NCBI GenBank assembly: GCA_050230475.1
Contig: JBFLGF010000210.1
Coordinates: 62,001 to 83,774, forward strand
Direction: 5' to 3'
DNA length: 21,774 bases
Source: Ancylonema sp.
Lineage: Eukaryota
Below are positions 16,101-21,774 of the stretch, in pieces (the stretch's first letter is position 1; every line of letters begins with the position of its first letter). The notes beneath the pieces were generated by a model. It was not told where the DNA came from, ran no database searches, and worked only from the letters and a program-made list of their open reading frames with translations. A program made the position numbers and the translations under genes.

Positions 16101-17500
16101 TGAAGACAAATGAGAAGGGGGAGATAGACAAATATAACGCGAGGGTGGTGGCGAAGGGGTACAGCCAGGTGGAAGGAGTGGATTATGATCAGACTTTTAG
16201 CCCCACAGTCAGATTCGAAAGTATTCGACAACTGGTGGCCATGGGGGCATCAAAGGGGTTAGAAATGCATCAAATGGATGTAACTACCGCGTTTCTGTAC
16301 GCACCACTGGAGGAGGTGGAGTATATGGAGCAGCCGGAGGGGACAGTCGAGGAGGGGAATGAGAGCAAGGTGATGAGGTTGCTAAAGTGCCTGTATGGAC
16401 TTAAGCAATCTCCTCGACAGTGGAACATCTGCATCGACTCCGTTTTGCAGCAGCTGGGGTTTGTGAGACTCAAATCAGATGTGGGCATCTATGTCAAGGG
16501 AAAGGGGGAGGAGGCGGTGTACATTGCACTTTATGTCGACGACCTGTTCATGGTGGGGATGAAGCTGGTAAACATCGATGTGGTGAAGCAGGGGCTGGGA
16601 AAGGAGTTCAAGATGAAAGATCTGGGGGTAGCACGTTTCCTGTTGGGGAGAGAAATTCGTCGACAGGAGAATGGGGATGTTCTCCTTGTGCAAGAAAAAT
16701 ATGCACGTGATGTCATCAGTCGTTATAACATGGAGGGGAGCAAGCCGGTGTCGACACCCTTAGAGCTGGGGACTCATCTCGATTCGTCACAGCAGCCGAC
16801 TACCGATGTCGACAGAGAGCAGATGTGCAGCATTCCATACAGATCGGCAATCGGCAGCCTGATGTATCTGTCGACATGCACAAGGCCTGACATTTCTGAA
16901 GCAGTTTCCGAACTCAGTAAGTTCAGTCAGAACCCTGGAGCTGCACATTGGGAGGGGGTTAAAAGGGTTCTTCGGTACGTCAATGGCACAGTGGGGGAGT
17001 GGCTGCTGTATAAGAGGGGAGCACAGGTGGCAGTTGGGGGGTACTCCGACTCAGGGCATGCAGGCGATAGAGAAACATCCAGAGGGCGTTCTGGTTACAT
17101 TTTTCTTAGTGCTGGTGCTGCAATCTCTTGGAGGAGCTCTATGATGAAGGTGGTGTGTCACAGCAGCTGTGAGATATGTGGGCCTGAGTGAGTCGGGCAA
17201 TGAGGCGATTTACTTGATTAAACTACAGGGTGAAAGTGGCTTGGGGTAGGCAATTCAAGTGTGCTCTTGTATGGAGACAATGAATCATCCCTGAAGTTGG
17301 CAAAGAATCCGGTTTTCCATCAGCGGTCAAAACAAATTTCGCTCAAGTACCATTCGCTCAGGGACAGGGTAGAGTCGGGTATCATCGAGTTGTGCAAGGT
17401 GGATACTGGTTTGAATGCAGCAGATATGATGACCAAGAAAGAATGTCGGTGTAGGAATAAAGTGTGCAAGCAGCTTGCTGGGATGATTTCTAGTGGCTAA
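13112..17500 (+). pseudogene. gag-pol: Copia C gag-pol, many frameshifts and stops
   Basis: gag SYGPWRTKFTAILDAEDCLEIVNG. Protease DWVCDSGADYHMSGD (~14210-14255). GAG-pre-integrase LHKRAGH...CRGC. Integrase GHTDI, LRSDNGGEY and PQSNGIADRMNRTL (catalytic E reads D at 15179-15181). RT ARVVAKGYSQVEGVDY, QMDVTTAFL, LYGLKQSPRQW and YVDD (16532-16543). RNase H YSDS.HAGD, GDNESS, ADMMTK. Confidence 0.96.
13126..13137 (+). promoter_or_regulatory. Primer-binding site (tRNA-iMet) of element C
   Basis: TGGTATCAGAGC, 2 nt after the LTR end, complementary to the 3' end of plant initiator Met tRNA. Confidence 0.95.
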
Positions 17501-17531
17501 AAGTTGTCGATGGAGGTCGATGGATGTTGCT

Positions 17532-17542
17532 GGGAGGGGGAA
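17532..17542 (+). promoter_or_regulatory. Polypurine tract of element C
   Basis: GGGAGGGGGAA immediately before the 3' LTR TG. Confidence 0.92.
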
Positions 17543-18165
17543 TGTGAAGTATTCAGCAACATAGGTGTATATTAATATAGGATTACTTTAGCCGGCCAAA
17601 GTTGCCGTAATAGAGTGTGCGAACTTGCGTTTTTCGGCGGTTTGGTGTGTTTTGGTTACTTTTCGTGTCTATGTCATGAAGTTACGTTTTGGTTTGAGTT
17701 TGATTAGTTTTATGACACGTGTCGATAATCTCAACGTATTTAGAATGATTGATTGTATCGAATGATAGTAATAATGTTTTGTAGTTGTGTCAGACGTGGC
17801 GTAATCAGCTCGGCGCGCATGGTGACTCAATCTTAGTAGATTGGTATTTGATGGTTTAGATTACTCGTTCGGGTAATCTTAATCTACGATTCATAATCAT
17901 TTGGAACTGATTGGAACTTGTTTGCGTCTCAAGGTCAGAATTTTTATTTTGGTTAGATTCAGATTATCTCACACAATGGGTATAGAGACGATCCTTCTCC
18001 TTTGCCTTTGTGGATTTTACTTTTGCTTTTACATGAAAGAAGCTTTCGTCTACGTGCAGCGCAAATGTGTATGAGTGTGCGATGAGTATTGATAAGTATA
18101 CGACTTTTGAGTAAGAGTCGTGTTTGAGTTGAGTTTAAGAGTTTATAAGAGTTGTGTTGTCATCA
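17543..18165 (+). repeat. 3' LTR of element C (623 bp)
   Basis: Aligns to 12473-13123 with about 8 substitutions and many small indels (counted by eye). Confidence 0.95.
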
Positions 18166-18184
18166 AGTGGTATCAGAGCTTCTG

Positions 18185-18730
18185 TGACCCATCCCTCGGA
18201 GAAGTGGCGTGTGTTCATGGATTCCTATGCGACGCAAAATCCAGTCCCAGAAGCGAGAGAGATCTTCAGGGCCATGAAGGGACGTGAAGAAAGGTGGAAC
18301 ACGCGAAACGATAGGGAAATCGGTGAGGCCAATTAGGTGGGGCGGAGTAGCGGAGCAAGCGGAGGAGGTGGGTGGACGTCAATGATCGGCGGCGCACCAA
18401 AGCCACATATCTGTTGTGGGAGGACTGGCCATTTTGCATGAGAATGTCCGATGAAAGATAAGACTTGCAATGTGTGTAAGTCCAAGGGACACTTGGCGAA
18501 TATGTGTCGCAAGGGGGGTGTTGGAGCAGCTACCGGTGGGAGCGGTAGTAGCGGTAGTAGCGGTGGTAGCGGAAGCGGTGGATCAGTGAAGCCGCCTGTT
18601 CCATCCATTCGACCCAAGCTGAGCTTTGCCAAGGGCACCAAGATGGACAAAGCTAAGGTGTAAGGGGCATAGCTTAATGCAAGGATGGGATGGGAAAAGG
18701 TGCACTAAAGGAAGCAAGTTTTACGTGAGT
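18185..18730 (+). pseudogene. gag: Copia B gag, C-terminal continuation with two zinc knuckles; interrupted at 18731 by element D
   Basis: Resumes with THPSEKWRVFMDSYATQNP, then CGRTGHFA*ECP and CNVCKSKGHLANMC, then a G/S-rich linker. It contains in-frame stops. Confidence 0.9.
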
Positions 18731-19038
18731 TGTTAGAAGCGAGAAAGTCTACGCTTCTTACTCGTATAAGTACTAAGGGAAAAGTGAGGACACATATAAG
18801 AACGGTCACTAGCGAAAGAGGACGGAGTCCGCGAACGACTAGTGAACGTTCGGGAAAAACTCATCAAGTCTAATAACTTAAACTTAACTAACGGTCATCA
18901 GGTCTAATAACTTAAGTTTCGAAAAGAGACGCGAAACGAAACTGAAAGTCTAATATCGCGGGATAAGCTAATATCGCGGGACAGGCTAATAGCGCGGGAT
19001 AGTCTAGTGTTAGGATATACACTAGTATAGTCCTAACA
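18731..19038 (-). repeat. 3' LTR of element D (308 bp)
   Basis: Perfect terminal inverted repeats TGTTAG...CTAACA, adjacent to the PPT. It has an internal 18-bp x3 repeat at 18950-19003. Confidence 0.85.
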
Positions 19039-19048
19039 AGAGCCCCCA

Positions 19049-21003
19049 CTAAGAGGAGACTACGGAAGGAGTCGGACGATCAGGATATCTTAAATGAAAA
19101 TCAGATATTGCAGACTGTTCATTTGCCAGATTCTCCACAGGCTGCCACGATCGCTCCGAAATGTCGTATCCGACCCAATCGACAAAGTACCAGATCTTAG
19201 GATCTTGGAGTTCAGAATTTCGCGGACCTCGAACTCAGGGAAGCCATCCACGTGGAGAGGGGGGGGGTTTTCTAATCTTCTCGACTCGGGCAGGGAACGT
19301 GTTCGCCATGCGGTTCCAGGAGGCTGACATGGAAGACAGGATGAATGTGCATGGAGGGAGGAAGATCAAGTCGGAAAGAGGAAGTGCCAACTGGACCAAT
19401 GATAGGGAAGGGACCAAGACGACGAACATCCAGCCTGGAGGAAGGACGGGTTGTGGAGATGTTGCGTCGGAGGAGCCACACTTTATGGCCAGGTAGAGAA
19501 GTGTGGGGGCAGGACGACGACGACGATTGGCGGAGGTCTCCATGGCCTTCCGAGCTTTGAGAGTTCTCTCTAAAGGACAACCTGGGCCTGTTGCAGTGTA
19601 AGACGTACGAATCCGCGGCAGGTGTCGCTGACTGATTGGATGTAGGAAGGAGGGACATGCTGGGATGGAATCCGTAATTGGCGAAGAAGGGGGAAAGTGT
19701 CGTAGCCGAGTGTTTCGAATTATTGTAGCTGAACTTGGCCAATGGGAGGAGGCCGGCCCAGAGTCTTTGTTGATAGTCGCAGTAGATTCGAAGATACTGC
19801 TCCAGGACAGGAATTGAGGCGCTCCGTCTGGCCGTCCGCGTCTGGCCGTCCGTTTGAGGGTGAAAAGCAGATGAACGGTTGGCGTGGATCCCGAGAAGCT
19901 CCAGAAGCCGCCTCGAGAAGTAAGAAGTGAAGATCGGATCGCGATCGCTGACGAGGCTGGCTGGAAGGCCATGTACCCGAATGACGTGTTGAAGGAAGAG
20001 TGCCGCCGCATTGATTTTGTTGTCGGTATGAAGATTGCTTGTTTTGTCAGCCGGTCCACGACCAGTAGGATCGCGTCATGGTAGTTGGAGGGAGGTAGAT
20101 CTGTTATCCAGTCGAGTGACACGCTGGACCAAGGCCTGGATGGGATAGACAGAGGGAAGTAAGCCAAATGGCGCATGTCGTACAACTTTGTTTTTGTTTC
20201 TTTGGCAGGCATCGCATACTTACGAATTGACAAATGTAGCTAATCTTGGCCATGCAAAGTATTGTGCGACAAGCGCCTGAGTACGGGCCACCCCATAGTG
20301 TCCCGCCAGAGGAGAATCATGATACTGGTTTAAGATTTTAAGAATTAGGGCAGAAGAGGTAGGAGGGATAAGAATGCGTCCCTGGGAGTAGAGTAGGCCC
20401 TTCTGCATGTTGAACTGCCCCACTGCCGGACCTGCCCGAAGGGCTGCCAGCTGGCAGTGCGGGGTTTGACTCCCTGCCAGGCCCCTCTTGATAGGTTTGA
20501 ATGAGTGCAGATATTGTGATGTCGGCTGCCTGGGTTGCTGCAATCTCTGGAAGGAGGGGATCGTCTGGAGAGATGAGGATGGCGGCGGCTACAAGGTAGG
20601 GAGTATGATGACTGGGATGGGAAGGGGGTCTGGAGAGAATGGGAAGGGAGGGGAGGGGAGGGGGATGGTCGTCTGGTCGTCGGGAGAGGGCATCTGGCTT
20701 CCCATTGGCTGTGCTCCCTTGCGGTAGATGATATTGTAGTCGTACAGCTAGGGTGGCTGCCCACCTGGCATGTCGTCTGGATGTAGTCCGGCGGGCCTCG
20801 GAGAACTGGAGGTTCTTATGATCGGTGTAGACTTAAACTGGGTGCTGGGCTCCCTCCACATACACCCTCCAGTGCTTGAAGCCTTCCACCACTGCAAGTA
20901 GCTCTTTGTCGTAGATAGGGTAATTCAGCTCCGCGGCTGAGAATTTTCGGGAGTAGTAGCAGACCGGGTGTAGGTCGCCTTGGGGGGTTGTTTGGGACTG
21001 CAG
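19049..21003 (-). pseudogene. pol: Gypsy pol fragment: RNase H, integrase (zinc-binding, core, GPY/F) and chromodomain
   Basis: [92 protein letters not shown]...[11 protein letters not shown]; chromodomain EFEVREILNSK...YFVDWVGYDISERSWQPVENL (~19095-19240). Multiple frameshifts are present. Confidence 0.93.
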
Positions 21004-21774
21004 ACCACACCTCCTCGCTCCCCGGAGAGCGACGGCGTGGCGGAGAGGTGGAACCGCACGGTCCAGGACAAAACAAGAACAGTGATGTCAGCTGCGTCGC
21101 TACCTGGGTACATGTGGGCTGAGGTGTTGCAAGCCGTCAACATGCTACGCAACATGTCACCGGTCACTAACGTGGACTGCACGCCGTGGGAGCTGTGGAC
21201 CGGGCAGAAGCCGAACCTCTCCAAGCTGAGGGTGCTGGGGTGAAGGCGTTTTGCCAAATACCAAAATTGGAGGGAGGGCAAGTTCGCCCGAGTTTCAGGG
21301 GGGTCCTAGTGAGCTACACTTCACACAGCCCGGCCTACCGTGTGTGGGACACAGAGAGGCACAAGGTGTACGACGTCGCTGCCCCTGCCTTCGATGACTC
21401 CTTCGGGCTGGTGGCGAGCGCCTCTGAACGCAGCAGCTGGCGCTGACGCGGACTACGAGGAGCCGCTCGTCTTCCCTACACTCCCCCACCCGCAGATAAA
21501 AATGCGTTAGTACCAGCGGTGCAGGAGGGCCCACCAGCAGACGGTGCACCGCCCGGCAATAAGATCACATCAGAGGTCCCAGCCCTAGCGGTGGCCCCAG
21601 CCGCGATCCCAGCCCCAGCAGCGGCCCCGGCCGGGGTCCCACCTCCAGCGGTCCCAGCCCTTGCCCCAGCGCAGGCAAACCGAACTTTAGCCCAGCTCCC
21701 AGCCACGCCCCCATCCACTCAAGCTGCACCAACCCTCCGACGCAGCTTCAGGGAAAATCGTGGTGTCCCTCCGC
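20998..21774 (+). pseudogene. pol: Copia integrase C-terminal half and IN-RT linker (possibly continuation of element B or A); runs off window
   Basis: [57 protein letters not shown] and a P/A-rich linker. The final RRSFRENRGVPP matches element C's RHSNRDNRGVPP (~15848-15883). Confidence 0.92.

Larger units (their letters stand above)
12473..18165 (+). mobile_element. Full-length decayed Ty1/copia LTR retrotransposon C (5.7 kb)
   Basis: Two homologous LTRs (TGTGA...TCATCA), PBS 13126-13137, PPT GGGAGGGGGAA 17532-17542, and domain order gag-PR-IN-RT-RNaseH. Confidence 0.97.
18731..21003 (-). mobile_element. Ty3/gypsy chromovirus-type element D, 3' half only
   Basis: LTR 18731-19038, minus-strand PPT AGTGGGGGCTCT (19039-19050), and order RNaseH-IN-chromodomain on the minus strand. 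The 5' half is missing. Confidence 0.93.

Noticed and set aside
14246..16716. Antisense ORFs within element C, or an env-like extra gene
   Set aside because: They are shadows of pol. RNase H ends at 17500, about 30 bp before the PPT, leaving no room for an extra ORF.
18166..18730. A separate new element starting at C's 3' LTR plus PBS
   Set aside because: After 19 nt the sequence is the direct continuation of B's gag rather than a C-type gag start. It is treated as an aberrant junction.

Overview
Eukaryotic, intron-containing genomic DNA, probably from a green plant or alga (inferred from plant-type tRNA-iMet primer-binding sites TGGTATCAGAGC and AAACCCTAA telo-boxes). Positions 1-4056 hold the 3' part of a spliced trimethylguanosine synthase gene (TGS1, six exons read by eye) with micro- and minisatellite-rich introns. 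Positions 7277-~9416 hold a spliced F-box/LRR-type gene frameshifted by a 35-bp tandem duplication. From ~10.2 kb to the end is a nest of decayed LTR retrotransposons. Copia A is interrupted by copia B. B's gag is interrupted by a full-length copia C (12473-18165) and then by a reverse-strand chromodomain-bearing Ty3/gypsy element D, which is fused by a deletion to a copia integrase fragment. The most unusual observations are three. (1) Element C has a second PBS after its 3' LTR and is flanked by a 30-bp duplication instead of a 5-bp one. (2) In all three copia families the gag ATG lies at the LTR 3' end in a hairpin and reads through the PBS as 'GIRA'. (3) Decay across the window is dominated by short tandem duplications and indels with almost no CpG transitions. 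No prokaryotic-type system is present. All translations and alignments were done by eye, with no database searches.
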